Notes: a model not told the origin generated them from the letters alone. A DNA stretch of 64,000 nucleotides from Candidatus Omnitrophota bacterium (GCA_030650425.1 JAUSED010000003.1:7903-71902), one strand, 5' to 3'; positions 1 to 13,427 are shown, counted from the first letter of the stretch. Made by a program: numbers and translations.

Positions 1-2
1 CG

Positions 3-1358
3 ACCAGCTTAGTCGAGGCAACCTCGGATTACAGCGTGAAGAGCGCCTTTGTTTATGATGAGAGTTCGGATAAGCTTTCGATCAGGTTATGGCTGGAGAA
101 ACGCGGGAAGCTGGTGCTTAACGATGATGTGAATAAATTAGGCGCGGCTACGGTGCAGATTTTTAACGATACTACCGGCGTATGGCTTACCGATATTACG
201 ATAACCGCGCCAACCGGAACGACTAATGGTGTCTATAATAAAGATTTGACGGGAGTTATCGCTACCGCCGGAGATATTGATTTAACTTCGGGTAAGACTT
301 ATTACTCCAAGGTGAAGATAAATTACGGCGGCACGGCCGGAGACGCGCGCACCTATGAAGGCGGCACCACCTTTAGCGTAACGGTTAATGAATCCTTAAA
401 GACTGTAACCAGCGCCATTCAGACAGTAACGACTAATATTGCCGGACAGACTGCCGAGATCAAGACTGTGGTTAAAGACGAGATCAAAAAGCAGGTTGAT
501 GAGGTGGTGGTGCCTAAGATTACGGATGTGAAGGCCGAGACAGCCAAGATCCTTACTGCCACCGCCGAAACCCTGCCGGGCAAGATTACCGAAGCCAAGG
601 ATCAGATGGTCACCAAGCTTACCGAGGTTCAGGATCAGGTAGTTACGGAGATTCAACCGTCGGTAAAGAGCGGCATCCTTAACCGCGAGAACTCGGTTAA
701 ACAAGGAGGGACAGTAGTCATCCGTTACCGCACGACTACCGGCTTGTCTCCAGCCTTAAATGTTTACAGCCCGAAGGGCGCTTTACTTCTGGGAAGCAAG
801 GCGATGAAAGAGGTTGGCGCAACCGGTGTCTATGAATATAGCGTGACTTTCGCCGCTAGCTGGGGCACAGGAGATTTCTCGGTGGTTTGCAGTGAGGCCA
901 GCCAAGGAACCGCGGATGCCTTGGTGATGAGCGTTATGCAAACGGATATCGACACTGTTTCCGGTAATGTCTCAGCGGTATTGGGGAACACCGGCGGCTT
1001 GAGCAACTTAAAGAACGTTACCAATAATATCAGCACGCAATTCAATGATATGGATCGCGTGTTGGCTAAGATCAGCAAGGATATTTCCGGAAAGCTCGGA
1101 GAGGCAAAGAGCGTGGTTAATGATTTGGCCAGTACCTTTAAACAGCTGGAAGAGATGAGCAAGCAGATTAAGGATATCGGCGGGACCACAGGAATCAACC
1201 TTGAGAAACTCTATGAGGTTTCCAAGGATAAGAGAGAAGACATAACCTATATTAAGAATAAGAGCGAAGAGCTGAAGGCCGCGATGGAGCTGAACCAGAA
1301 GATGATCGAAAACGTAGCCAAGAAACCGGTCGTCCAGAGCTGGTTCGAATTCAAATAA
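3..1358 (+). CDS. C-terminal part of a large, probably exported protein (Thr/Gly-rich beta regions plus coiled coils); 5' end lies outside the window
   Basis: Frame is open from position 3 (TSLVEATSDYSV...), upstream of the listed GTG at 36; ends VVQSWFEFK*. Confidence 0.65.
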   Translation, partial: TSLVEATSDYSVKSAFVYDESSDKLSIRLWLEKRGKLVLNDDVNKLGAATVQIFNDTTGVWLTDITITAPTGTTNGVYNKDLTGVIATAGDIDLTSGKTYYSKVKINYGGTAGDARTYEGGTTFSVTVNESLKTVTSAIQTVTTNIAGQTAEIKTVVKDEIKKQVDEVVVPKITDVKAETAKILTATAETLPGKITEAKDQMVTKLTEVQDQVVTEIQPSVKSGILNRENSVKQGGTVVIRYRTTTGLSPALNVYSPKGALLLGSKAMKEVGATGVYEYSVTFAASWGTGDFSVVCSEASQGTADALVMSVMQTDIDTVSGNVSAVLGNTGGLSNLKNVTNNISTQFNDMDRVLAKISKDISGKLGEAKSVVNDLASTFKQLEEMSKQIKDIGGTTGINLEKLYEVSKDKREDITYIKNKSEELKAAMELNQKMIENVAKKPVVQSWFEFK

Positions 1359-1360
1359 AC

Positions 1361-1465
1361 CGAAACTGTTTCCAATCCGTGAAGGAAACTGTTTCCAAGT
1401 CAATCGGGAAACTGTTTCCGCTTTAGGTCGGAAACAGTTTCCCGATTAGAATGGAAACAGTTTCT
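1361..1465. repeat. Family-1 array A1: five 13-bp palindromic cores GGAAACWGTTTCC with 10-bp spacers
   Basis: Cores at 1361,1384,1407,1430,1453; exact 23-bp period. Confidence 0.95.
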
Positions 1466-1479
1466 ATTCAATTAATTTA

Positions 1480-1507
1480 TTGAATACTAAAATTTATCTG
1501 CTAAAAT
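1480..1507 (+). promoter_or_regulatory. Putative sigma70 promoter
   Basis: TTGAAT-16nt-TAAAAT with extended -10 TG, just before ORF 1515. Confidence 0.45.
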
Positions 1508-1514
1508 ATAAACT

Positions 1515-2225
1515 ATGGATATGAAAATGCGGGTCACATTTTTAATCCTCTTTTTACTTTTGTTTTGTTCCTCAATAGCGCAAGCAGCGGGCACGATTAC
1601 TTTACGCCTGATGGCGGTAAACCCGGCGGATTCGGAACAGACGGTCCCGGTGAAAGTTTACCTGCCGATGGAAGTAAAGCCCGAAGATATTATTTATAAA
1701 GGTGACCTCGGAGTCGCTTACGACGCCCAGCAGGGAAATTATTATGTTTTCGGCGAATACCAGCTTCAGCCTAAAGAGACCCTTGAAAAAGAAATAGAGA
1801 TCAAGGATGTCTGGGTGATTGATTCGACCCAGATAGGCTTGACCCGGCAGGAAGCAAAAGAGACGCTTGAGCAATTCAAGAAGACAAATTATGTCGAGAG
1901 GGCTAACCTTCTCTACGCCGGGATAGATAAGAAACTCAAAGAAGTTGAAGAGATGCAGGATATGTCTTCGGCCAGCCCGAGTTACAAAATATCCAATTAC
2001 CGCAACGCCTTAAGTTTATTGAATTCAGCGAAAGCCGACCTGCTGGCGGCCAAGACCCTGCTCTCGGAAGTGGCGCCTAAAGGGCTTGCTGGGCTTACTT
2101 GGAAGATTATCCTGTTTATTATTATTTTTCTTGGCGTGCTTGGTTTTGGTTTCTTTTTTATCTGGCAGCGCCAGATGAAGATGGAAGCGGAGCAGCAAAA
2201 AGACCAGCAGCCGCCGCAGGAATAA
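1515..2225 (+). CDS. Exported protein with C-terminal membrane anchor, function unknown
   Basis: N-terminal signal peptide (AQA), C-terminal hydrophobic helix WKIILFIIIFLGVLGFGFFFIW. Confidence 0.75.
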   Translation: MDMKMRVTFLILFLLLFCSSIAQAAGTITLRLMAVNPADSEQTVPVKVYLPMEVKPEDIIYKGDLGVAYDAQQGNYYVFGEYQLQPKETLEKEIEIKDVWVIDSTQIGLTRQEAKETLEQFKKTNYVERANLLYAGIDKKLKEVEEMQDMSSASPSYKISNYRNALSLLNSAKADLLAAKTLLSEVAPKGLAGLTWKIILFIIIFLGVLGFGFFFIWQRQMKMEAEQQKDQQPPQE

Positions 2226-2232
2226 TTTAGAG

Positions 2233-2278
2233 AGGGACGGTTCTATGCTCAACGGTTTAAAATAATAGAACCGTCCTT
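2233..2278. repeat. GGGAC-type inverted repeat
   Basis: AGGGACGGTTCTAT ... ATAGAACCGTCCTT, intergenic. Confidence 0.7.
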
Positions 2279-2284
2279 ATTGTT

Positions 2285-3070
2285 ATGACAAAACTTAAAT
2301 TAATTTTTTCATTTTTATTTCTTAGCTTATTCATATTCGCTTCGGCCCGGGCGGAAGTGATCAGTTCCTTCTGGCGGACGGAAAAATCCCAGCACTTTAT
2401 CGTTTATTATCAGCAGGCCAATCCCACTTTTGTCAGCGAGCTGATCAATAAGGCCGAGGATTATTATAACGGCATAATGGAAGAGCTGGGTTACCGCAGG
2501 TTTGATTTTTGGAGCTGGGATAACCGCGCCAAAATTTACCTTTATGATAATGCCGACGATTTCCATAAGGAAACGCAGCGCGAGGGTTGGACCGGGGCAA
2601 TAGTTTCCGTCCCGAACAGGACCATTCAAAGTTACGTGGGCCAGAGCGGTTTTTTTGATTCCCTGCTTCCCCATGAAATGACCCATATCATCTTTCGGGA
2701 GTTCATCGGTAAGCAGATCGCGCTTCCTCTCTGGATTGATGAGGGCGTTGCCTGCTCTCAAGAGAAGAGCAGCCTCCTGGCGCGTATGCGCATAGCCACG
2801 GAGTTGGTTACCCAAGGCCAATACCTGACTCTTGATGAGCTTTCGAAAGTGAGCAAATTAGACGACAAAATAACTCCCCGCGTTTTTTATTCAGAGGCAG
2901 CCTCAATCATCGTTTTCCTGATCCAAAAAGAGGGCAAGACAGGGTTTCTGGATTTTAGCCGGGCCCTGCGCGACGGGACAGATTGGAAAAAAGCGCTATT
3001 GAAGACGTATAATTTCTCCAGCCTCCAAGAGATGGAAGAGAAGTGGAAGGAGATGCTATGCAAGATGTAA
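2285..3070 (+). CDS. Secreted peptidase MA-like (gluzincin) metalloprotease
   Basis: Signal peptide; HEMTH (HEXXH) and downstream PLWIDEG. Confidence 0.8.
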   Translation: MTKLKLIFSFLFLSLFIFASARAEVISSFWRTEKSQHFIVYYQQANPTFVSELINKAEDYYNGIMEELGYRRFDFWSWDNRAKIYLYDNADDFHKETQREGWTGAIVSVPNRTIQSYVGQSGFFDSLLPHEMTHIIFREFIGKQIALPLWIDEGVACSQEKSSLLARMRIATELVTQGQYLTLDELSKVSKLDDKITPRVFYSEAASIIVFLIQKEGKTGFLDFSRALRDGTDWKKALLKTYNFSSLQEMEEKWKEMLCKM

Positions 3071-3933
3071 ATATTCTGGTTTTTGAAGAAGATGCCCAAG
3101 CAGCAAAAACAATCGAGGCTGTTTTGAAATCGGCAGGTTACCATGTCTGGTTAGCCTCAAGCCCCGCTGAAGCGCTTACTTCATTGCGCTCCAATGTTTT
3201 TCCCGCGGCGATTGCCGAGGTGCATTCGGCTAAAATGAATGGCACCCATTTTACGCAAGAAGTGCATAAAATATCCGCGGGGACGAATGTCTTGGTGATC
3301 ACGCTCTATTCTTTTATTAATTCAGCCATTGAAGCAATGGAAGCCGGAGCCTATGCCTATATTACCAAACCCTTCAACAGTTCAGAGATCCGTATCGTGG
3401 TTGAGCGGGCGGTGGAGAGGTATTTCCTGCTTTCGACCAGCGATGAAAAGGACTATTTTGTGGATTTGGCCGTGCGCGACGGCCTGACCGGTCTTTTTAA
3501 CCGCCGTTATTTCAATGAGTTAATCAATATGGAAATTAACCGTTTAAAAAGAGCGCCGAGTTCACTATCCCTACTAATGCTTGACATCGATAATTTTAAA
3601 ATCTATAATGATACGCAAGGGCATCCGGCGGGCGATGAATTACTCAAGAAATGCGCCAAGGTCTTCAAGAATTCCGTGCGCGCGGTGGATATAATTTGCC
3701 GCTATGGAGGGGAAGAGTTTATTATTATGCTTCCTCAGACAGATAAACCGGGAGCGCAGATTATCGCCGAGCGCCTGCGTATGCAGGCAGAACTTTTCTT
3801 ACCGACGACGATCAGCGTGGGAATTGCCACGCTTCCGCAAGACGCGCAGAGTGTTGAGGACTTGATTCAAAAGGCGGATGATGCTCTTTATCAGGCTAAA
3901 AAAAGCGGAAAAAATAAGTGGTGTGCGGCATAA
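3058..3933 (+). CDS. Receiver-like domain + GGDEF diguanylate cyclase
   Basis: DGLTGLFNRRYF, DIDNFK, RYGGEEF, RxxD I-site (RAVD); start placed at 3058 after AAGGAG. Confidence 0.9.
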   Translation: MQDVNILVFEEDAQAAKTIEAVLKSAGYHVWLASSPAEALTSLRSNVFPAAIAEVHSAKMNGTHFTQEVHKISAGTNVLVITLYSFINSAIEAMEAGAYAYITKPFNSSEIRIVVERAVERYFLLSTSDEKDYFVDLAVRDGLTGLFNRRYFNELINMEINRLKRAPSSLSLLMLDIDNFKIYNDTQGHPAGDELLKKCAKVFKNSVRAVDIICRYGGEEFIIMLPQTDKPGAQIIAERLRMQAELFLPTTISVGIATLPQDAQSVEDLIQKADDALYQAKKSGKNKWCAA

Positions 3934-4158
3934 ATGCAGTTATCCATACTTGATCCTAAAAAAGCCATCTGGCAGGGGATGAGTAAAGAAGTTAAATTGC
4001 CGACTGCCGACGGAGAAATGTGCGTGCTTGATTTCCACCAGTCTTTCGTGGTCAGGTTAGCCAGAGGCAGTATAATTTTTTCGGAGACGCGTATACCAAT
4101 AAAGGACGGTATTGCTTTTATGCGCTCAAACAGTTTGACTGTTTTCGCGCAGACGTAA
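3934..4158 (+). CDS. atpC: F-type ATPase epsilon-like subunit, N-terminal domain only
   Basis: LSILDP...V.LPTADGEMCVLDFH resembles the epsilon beta-sandwich; 74 aa; context. Confidence 0.75.
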   Translation: MQLSILDPKKAIWQGMSKEVKLPTADGEMCVLDFHQSFVVRLARGSIIFSETRIPIKDGIAFMRSNSLTVFAQT

Positions 4159-4167
4159 AATTAATCT

Positions 4168-4380
4168 ATGTCCACATTCGCATTAGCGCTGGTGATGATT
4201 CTAAGTACCGCCGGGCCTGCCGCGGTGATTGCCTTTGTAGGATATTCTGCGGTTAAATCAATAGCGCGTAACCCCTCCGCTTCCTCAAAAATATTCATCG
4301 TTATGATTCTGGCTTTTATTTTTTCAGAAGCAATCGCGATTTTAGCGCTTCTGATTTTATATAATCTTTTCGCCAAATAG
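4168..4380 (+). CDS. atpE: F-type ATPase c subunit (proteolipid)
   Basis: Two hydrophobic helices, ARNP loop, conserved Glu in FSEAIAI. Confidence 0.85.
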   Translation: MSTFALALVMILSTAGPAAVIAFVGYSAVKSIARNPSASSKIFIVMILAFIFSEAIAILALLILYNLFAK

Positions 4381-4393
4381 GAGCTCGGGTCTT

Positions 4394-5107
4394 ATGCTCA
4401 TCCAGCTTTTAGTCATCCAAGTAGTCACATTCATCGGTATTATCTTCTTAATGCGCTTTCTTTTCTCCCGGCATCTTAAAGTTGCCCTAGAGAGGCTGAA
4501 TACTTTACACGAGGAGAATCTGGCTAAAGAGGAAGAGCTTAATGAAGAGCTTAAGCGCGCCAAGGAAGAAAGCCATGCGCAAATAGAGAAGGGCAAGGAA
4601 GAAGCGGAGCTTATTGTTGAAGAGGCCAAGAAAGACGCGTTGCGGCTGCGTTCAGCGCTTGAGGAAGAAGCTAAGGCGCAGGCAGATAAAATTGTGGCTG
4701 GCGGGAAGATTGACGCAGAGAAACTGAAGGAAAAGTGCTCGCAAGATATACAGGCTCAAAGCGTCGAACTGGCTTCAAGGATGATTTCCGAGCTGTTGAT
4801 TGAGGCGGACAAAATCGCCCTGCAGTATCAATTTACCAATGAAATAATCGAAGAGATTGCCCGCCTGCCGAAAGAGCAGTTTAATGTCCAATCCAAAGAT
4901 ATAAAAGTCACCTCGAGTTTCCCGCTTCTAGATAGGCAGAGGGAAGAGCTTAAGAAGGCCTTGACTGAAAAGCTGGGGAGCGCGCCTGAAATAAAAGAGC
5001 AAATAGATGCCCGGCTTATCGGCGGCCTGATCGTCGAAATAGGCGGTATGGTTATCGACGGAACGTTAAGAAATAAACTGCAAAGAATCATTCCTTATTT
5101 GAAATAA
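4394..5107 (+). CDS. atpF: F-type ATPase b subunit fused to a delta-like C-terminal domain
   Basis: N-terminal TM, charged coiled coil, then VTSSFPL...IDARLIGGLIVEIGGMVIDGTLRNKL. Confidence 0.85.
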   Translation: MLIQLLVIQVVTFIGIIFLMRFLFSRHLKVALERLNTLHEENLAKEEELNEELKRAKEESHAQIEKGKEEAELIVEEAKKDALRLRSALEEEAKAQADKIVAGGKIDAEKLKEKCSQDIQAQSVELASRMISELLIEADKIALQYQFTNEIIEEIARLPKEQFNVQSKDIKVTSSFPLLDRQREELKKALTEKLGSAPEIKEQIDARLIGGLIVEIGGMVIDGTLRNKLQRIIPYLK

Positions 5108-5136
5108 GAAGCAAAAGAGACATACCGCAATTGTAG

Positions 5137-5243
5137 TAGGGGACACTTTCCAACCTCTGCAGAAAGGGACACTTTCCGTCAGGGCCTAACTAGAACTTCA
5201 AAAGGAAAATGTCCCTTTCTGACGCAAAGGAAAGTGTCCCCTA
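5137..5243. repeat. Family-2 element: nested GGGACACTTTCC / GGAAAGTGTCCC inverted repeats
   Basis: Outer arms 5137-5151/5229-5243, inner arms 5161-5177/5204-5220. Confidence 0.9.
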
Positions 5244-5254
5244 GCATTGAGAAA

Positions 5255-6715
5255 ATGAAAATTAACGCATTAGACATCCGGGAAGTCGGCAGAATAGAAG
5301 AGCTTAAGCAGGGAATTGTCAAGATCAGCGGCCTGCCTAATTGTTCGTACGGAGAAGTGATTGAATTTGAGAACGGGCTAAAAGGGATGATCGTTGAATT
5401 TAACCCTGAATGCGCTTACGGTATTATTTTCGGTGATGAACACAAGGTTAAGGTTGGGGATGTGGTCTCCAGCCGCGGAGGCCTGCTCAATGTTCCGGTG
5501 GGAAGCGCCTTTGTCGGCAGGGTAGTCGATTCTCTGGCCCGGCCAATAGACGGAAAAGGGCATATTGAAGCGGCGGATACTTATTCGGTTTTTCGCGAGG
5601 CAGCCGGAGTAATGGAGAGGGAGCCGATCAGCGAAACCCTGCATACAGGGATAAAGATTATCGATATGCTGATCCCCTTGGGTAAGGGCCAGCGCGAACT
5701 TGTCGTCGGAGACCGCCAGATTGGCAAGACTTCTATCGGCCTCGATACGATCATCAATCAAAAAGGTAAAAATGTCATTTGCATATATTGCTGGATAGGA
5801 GGGAGCAGCGCCGCTTTTAATAAAATCATCCAAACCCTGCGCCAGCACGGAGCAATGGATTATTTTCTGGGCGTTTCGGCGCCGGCAGGCGCCTCCACCT
5901 CCGAACAATACATCTGCCCTTATACCGCCGCTGCCCTCGGCGAATATTTTATGTATAACGGCAAGGATGTTTTGATTATTTTTGACGATTTAACCAAACA
6001 TAGCTGGGTTTATCGTCAGATGTCTTTGCTCCTTGAGCGCGCCCCGGGAAGAGAGGCGTACCCCGGAGATATATTCTTTCTGCATTCGCAGCTAATGGAA
6101 CGCGCGGGCAGGTTAAAGAAAGAATTCGGCGGAGGGTCAATGACCTTTTTTCCTTTAGCCGAGACACTACAAGGCGATATTACCGGATACATTTGTTCCA
6201 ATATCGTCTCGATGACTGACGGCCAAATTTATTTAAACACCGGGCTTTTCCAAGAAGGCTTTAAACCGGCGATCGATCTGGAGTTATCCGTCTCGCGTAT
6301 CGGAAGCAAGGTGCAGTGTCCGGCAATCCGTCAATTAAGCGCGGGGCTGCGCTACGAATACGTGCGCTTCCGTTCGTTGCTCAGGCTTACCCGCTTAAGG
6401 ACTAAGCTTAGCCCGGAGGCAGCTGAACAGCTGCAAAGGGGCAAGGTCCTCTATGAGCTTTTAATTCAGGAGAATAGCGTCCCTCTTTCTCAGGCGGAAG
6501 AGATCGCTCTTTTTTACGCTTTTTACCAGAAGATACTGGAGGCTCTCAGCATAGAGCAGGTGAAATATTTTAAAATTAACTTTTTTAATTATTTGTCTAA
6601 TCATTACGGGGAATTAGTCAATGAGCTTAACACAAAAGGCGAACTGGGAGACGAGATTAAGGCGCAATTAGATAAAGCAATCAAGGATTTCTTCCGCAGC
6701 GCGAAGATAGGGTAG
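5255..6715 (+). CDS. atpA: F1 ATPase alpha subunit (divergent)
   Basis: GKGQRELVVGDRQIGKT, PGREAYPGDIF, SMTDGQI, SVSRIG; the listed GTG 5234 lies inside the repeat, so ATG 5255 is preferred. Confidence 0.95.
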   Translation: MKINALDIREVGRIEELKQGIVKISGLPNCSYGEVIEFENGLKGMIVEFNPECAYGIIFGDEHKVKVGDVVSSRGGLLNVPVGSAFVGRVVDSLARPIDGKGHIEAADTYSVFREAAGVMEREPISETLHTGIKIIDMLIPLGKGQRELVVGDRQIGKTSIGLDTIINQKGKNVICIYCWIGGSSAAFNKIIQTLRQHGAMDYFLGVSAPAGASTSEQYICPYTAAALGEYFMYNGKDVLIIFDDLTKHSWVYRQMSLLLERAPGREAYPGDIFFLHSQLMERAGRLKKEFGGGSMTFFPLAETLQGDITGYICSNIVSMTDGQIYLNTGLFQEGFKPAIDLELSVSRIGSKVQCPAIRQLSAGLRYEYVRFRSLLRLTRLRTKLSPEAAEQLQRGKVLYELLIQENSVPLSQAEEIALFYAFYQKILEALSIEQVKYFKINFFNYLSNHYGELVNELNTKGELGDEIKAQLDKAIKDFFRSAKIG

Positions 6716-6720
6716 AATAA

Positions 6721-7560
6721 ATGATCCCCATAGGCAAGTTAAAGACGAATATGCTGTTTAATAAAAACCTCGAGGATTTAATCGAGGTAATGAAACTGGC
6801 GGCGACTACGCAGTTTAACCAGTTTCGTTCGCGCCAAGAGCCTTCCGCGGATTTCATCCGTCAGCTCGACGAAGTGTTTGAGGTTTTATTTTCTTCAGGG
6901 ATCCCCAAAGATTTGCTTGTCTCTGAAGAATCCCTCCCGGCGCTCATCCTCTTGGTCTCCTCCGACGAAGGCTTCTTGGGGGAATTGAATTTTCTTTTGG
7001 TGAATAAACTTTTGGATATAAAAAGGCCGCAGGATACGGTTCTTTGTGTGGGTAATCAAGGCGCTAATTACCTGAAGGAAACTGAGATAAATTTTTCATT
7101 CCTTGATTCGCCGGGCGAAAAGATTGACAGCGAAAACCTGGGTAAAATATGTGATAGTATTTTCAAGCAATACCTGAAGCGCTCCGTCGGCAGGGTTTAT
7201 GTGATCTATTCGCGTTTTATCAATATCACCGCGCAGCAGATCGAACTGGAGAGCCTGCTTCCTTTAGAGAAGACATCTTCTTCCACTAAGCCTGTACGCG
7301 ATCTTTTGGTTGAGCCTTCCAGCCGCGCTGTAATTGAGGGATGGATTAAGCAATGGCTGAGTTTTCGGCTTTATCATATATTCTGGTCGAGTAAGTTGGC
7401 AGAATTTGCCGCGCGGATTATGCATCTTGAGGGAAGCGTACAGGAGTTAGGAAAAATAAACAGCCATTTGCGTATGGAGTATTTTAAGTATTTGCACGGG
7501 CTTTCCGATAAATCCATCCGCGAACTTACCGCGGCGCGCTTGTTGGAGAAGAATAAGTAA
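6721..7560 (+). CDS. atpG: F1 ATPase gamma subunit (divergent)
   Basis: MKLAA N-terminal helix, SSDEGFLGELN, AEFAARIMHL; lies between alpha and beta. Confidence 0.85.
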   Translation: MIPIGKLKTNMLFNKNLEDLIEVMKLAATTQFNQFRSRQEPSADFIRQLDEVFEVLFSSGIPKDLLVSEESLPALILLVSSDEGFLGELNFLLVNKLLDIKRPQDTVLCVGNQGANYLKETEINFSFLDSPGEKIDSENLGKICDSIFKQYLKRSVGRVYVIYSRFINITAQQIELESLLPLEKTSSSTKPVRDLLVEPSSRAVIEGWIKQWLSFRLYHIFWSSKLAEFAARIMHLEGSVQELGKINSHLRMEYFKYLHGLSDKSIRELTAARLLEKNK

Positions 7561-10678
<3,118 letters not shown>

Positions 10679-10679
10679 T

Positions 10680-10784
10680 GGAAACTGTTTCCGGTCCAAA
10701 GCGGAAACAGTTTCCGTTTCAATCGGGAAACAGTTTCCCGATTAGCTTGGAAACAGTTTCCTTCACGAATTGGAAACAGTTTCC
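10680..10784. repeat. Family-1 array A3 (five cores)
   Basis: Cores at 10680,10703,10726,10749,10772; flanks TAGT/ACTA are also inverted. Confidence 0.95.
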
Positions 10785-10811
10785 ACTATGCTATGGCGGG
10801 GAGAATAGATT

Positions 10812-12047
10812 ATGAAATTTTTATACAAGGCTAAAAAGAGCTTAAACGAGATTGCTGAAGGAATCATTGAGAAAGATAGTATTGAGCAGGCTATCGAGGA
10901 ACTGCAGGCAAAAGGCCTTACCCCGATTTCTATCGAACCGCAAAGCCCAATTGTTTCTCCCGGAGCCCCTAGCGCTAAAGTCGTCAAGAAGAACAACCTA
11001 AGGTTTACCTCCGGAAAATGGGGGCTAAAACAACTGAGCCTTTTTACCCAGAAGTTATACAACTTAATCAATACCCGCGTTGAGCTGCTTAACGCGCTGC
11101 GGCTCTTAGAAAAAAATTGCGAGAACCAGACGGAAAAAATCCTTCTCGGAGAGATCATTAAAAATATTAAGGATGGTATGTCTTTTTCCGAATGCCTGAA
11201 CTGCTATCCTAAATATTTCCCCGAGCTTTACGTGCATATAATACACACCGGAGAGTCAACGGGGAAATTAAAGGATGCCCTTCTTCAACTGTTGGATTAT
11301 CTGCGCCGGCTTGAAGATTTGAAGCTGAAAGTAAAACAGGCGCTGGCCTATCCTATATTTATGACCGTAGTCGGCATAGGCACGATAGGCGTAATGCTCA
11401 CCTTTGTTTTACCGCGGCTTGCCGGGATGTTTGACGATTTTCACGCCCAGCTTCCTATGCCCACGCTTATCCTGCTGAATACCGCGAATTTCATCAAGCA
11501 GTATTGGTTTTTTATAATTATATTTTTTGCCCTGTTGATTTCCGCGTTAAGATTCCGGCTTCAGGGAAAAGAAAGTTTATTCGGACGCCTGAAATACCAT
11601 ATTCCCATAGCCAAGGGGATTATTTATAAACAGTCGGTAGCAAATTTCTCAAGGAGTATATCGCTGCTGCTAAAAAGCGGAGTCACTTTAATGGCCGCGC
11701 TTGGCGACGCCGCGTTTGTGATTGGAAATCCGGTTTACATCCAGCAGTTGGGAGAGGTGCGCAAGGATATAGCCGGAGGCGTTACTTTCTCTGATTCGCT
11801 GGCTAAATTCAAGATCTTTCCGGATTTTTTTGTGCAGATGATCCGCGTAGGTGAAGAGGGAGGGAGGCTGGATCAGGTCCTTTCGGATATAGCGGAATCT
11901 TACGATAACGAGATTGAAGCTGACCTGAAGACGATCAGTTCCCTGATCGAGCCGGCGATCATCCTGATTTTAGGTTCGGTGATCGGCAGTATGGTTATTG
12001 CTATGCTTTTGCCTATCTTTAACATGAGCAGCCTGTTCGGAACTTAA
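10812..12047 (+). CDS. gspF: GspF/PilC inner-membrane platform protein
   Basis: FLYKA start, GESTGKL, ALAYP, LPMPT, GEEGGRL, LIEP, MLLPIF. Confidence 0.92.
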   Translation: MKFLYKAKKSLNEIAEGIIEKDSIEQAIEELQAKGLTPISIEPQSPIVSPGAPSAKVVKKNNLRFTSGKWGLKQLSLFTQKLYNLINTRVELLNALRLLEKNCENQTEKILLGEIIKNIKDGMSFSECLNCYPKYFPELYVHIIHTGESTGKLKDALLQLLDYLRRLEDLKLKVKQALAYPIFMTVVGIGTIGVMLTFVLPRLAGMFDDFHAQLPMPTLILLNTANFIKQYWFFIIIFFALLISALRFRLQGKESLFGRLKYHIPIAKGIIYKQSVANFSRSISLLLKSGVTLMAALGDAAFVIGNPVYIQQLGEVRKDIAGGVTFSDSLAKFKIFPDFFVQMIRVGEEGGRLDQVLSDIAESYDNEIEADLKTISSLIEPAIILILGSVIGSMVIAMLLPIFNMSSLFGT

Positions 12048-12053
12048 ATAATA

Positions 12054-13427
12054 ATGAAAACCAAGGTAATCATTGAATTATCAGAGCGTTGGCTTAAGGT
12101 CGCGGTTGGCCGTAGGCTAGCCGTAGAGGCGGTAACCAGCAGCGACCCGGCGAGCTTAGCCGGTTCCATCAGCGCGATCCTGAAACAGAACAGGTGCGGG
12201 AAGGATGTGGAAGTCCTTGTAGTCTTATCCCGCAACAAGATCACTGTCCGGCGCGTAGACCTGCCTTCGCAAGACCCCAAAGAAATAGAGCAGATGCTTG
12301 GGCTCTATCTTATCCGTCAGATTCCTTATCGCAAAGAAGAGGTTTTCTGGGCCTACCAGAATTTAGGCTTTGACGGAATAAGTAACAGCCACATACTGCT
12401 GGCTATCGCGTTAAAGAATATGTTCAAGGATATTGTTAATTCATTCCTCCCTCTGAATTTGCTCCCCGAATCTATTCTAATGAGTTCGCAAGGGTTGATC
12501 CACTATATAAACGACGCGGTCAAGGAAAAAAGTATTTTACAGGCGCCCTATTTAGTCCTGGATATAGATGCTAATTACAGTGAGTTGATCCTAGTGAGCA
12601 AGCAGAAATTAAATTCCAGCGTAGTCATCGCGCAAGGGGTAGAGCAGCTCAAGAATGATCAGGAAAAAGAGAGGTTTATCGTTGAGCTTAAACAAGCCTT
12701 GGTCGCCTTGAACAGCGAAGCTCCTGACGCCCGGGTTGAAAGATTATTCTTAAGCGGCGCCTCTGAAGAACACTTGGTTCTGGTCGAGGGAGCCTTGGCC
12801 AGAGATACCAGCATCAAAGCGCAGTATGTATCTAACAAGGATTATGATAATTTCGGTTCGGGCCGGCCTAAAGATGTTTCCATGTCAGCGGTGCTGGGAT
12901 TTGCCTCTCAGGTAGCTAAGGATGACATAAAGTTTATCCTTCCCGAGCTGCAGATAAAGAAAGAGATGCAAGCCAAGGCCCGGCAGCTGATGATTTTAGG
13001 GGTAAGCCTTGTCTATATATTGATCATGCTGGTAGCGATTGCCCTGGTAAGGCTGGCGCAGAAACAATCTTATGCCACTGACCTTAAGGCTAAAGTAAAG
13101 AGTTTGTCCAAGAATACGCAGGAGCTGGAGGATATCGTCAATAAACTCAAAGTAGCCAAACAGTATGTCGACCCCAAGGCCTCGGCGCTTACGGCGCTTT
13201 ATGAGCTTACCCGGCTTTGCCCCGAGGGTATAACGATTACCAACTTTAACTGGGAGTGGCAGAAGAGCTTTTCTTTTAGAGGCTACGCGCAGCAGATACC
13301 GGATATTTTGGCTTTTACCAATACCTTAGGTAATTCCGAATATTTTAAAGGCGCGCAAAACCGTTATACCCGCAGGCGGAATGTCAAAGATAAAGAAATA
13401 GTTGATTTTGAGATTGTGGTAAAATGA
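12054..13427 (+). CDS. GspL / PilM-PilN-like fused alignment protein
   Basis: Actin-like N-terminal region (LDIDANYSEL, LFLSG), one TM helix, coiled coil and PilN-like C-terminus; context. Confidence 0.7.
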   Translation: MKTKVIIELSERWLKVAVGRRLAVEAVTSSDPASLAGSISAILKQNRCGKDVEVLVVLSRNKITVRRVDLPSQDPKEIEQMLGLYLIRQIPYRKEEVFWAYQNLGFDGISNSHILLAIALKNMFKDIVNSFLPLNLLPESILMSSQGLIHYINDAVKEKSILQAPYLVLDIDANYSELILVSKQKLNSSVVIAQGVEQLKNDQEKERFIVELKQALVALNSEAPDARVERLFLSGASEEHLVLVEGALARDTSIKAQYVSNKDYDNFGSGRPKDVSMSAVLGFASQVAKDDIKFILPELQIKKEMQAKARQLMILGVSLVYILIMLVAIALVRLAQKQSYATDLKAKVKSLSKNTQELEDIVNKLKVAKQYVDPKASALTALYELTRLCPEGITITNFNWEWQKSFSFRGYAQQIPDILAFTNTLGNSEYFKGAQNRYTRRRNVKDKEIVDFEIVVK

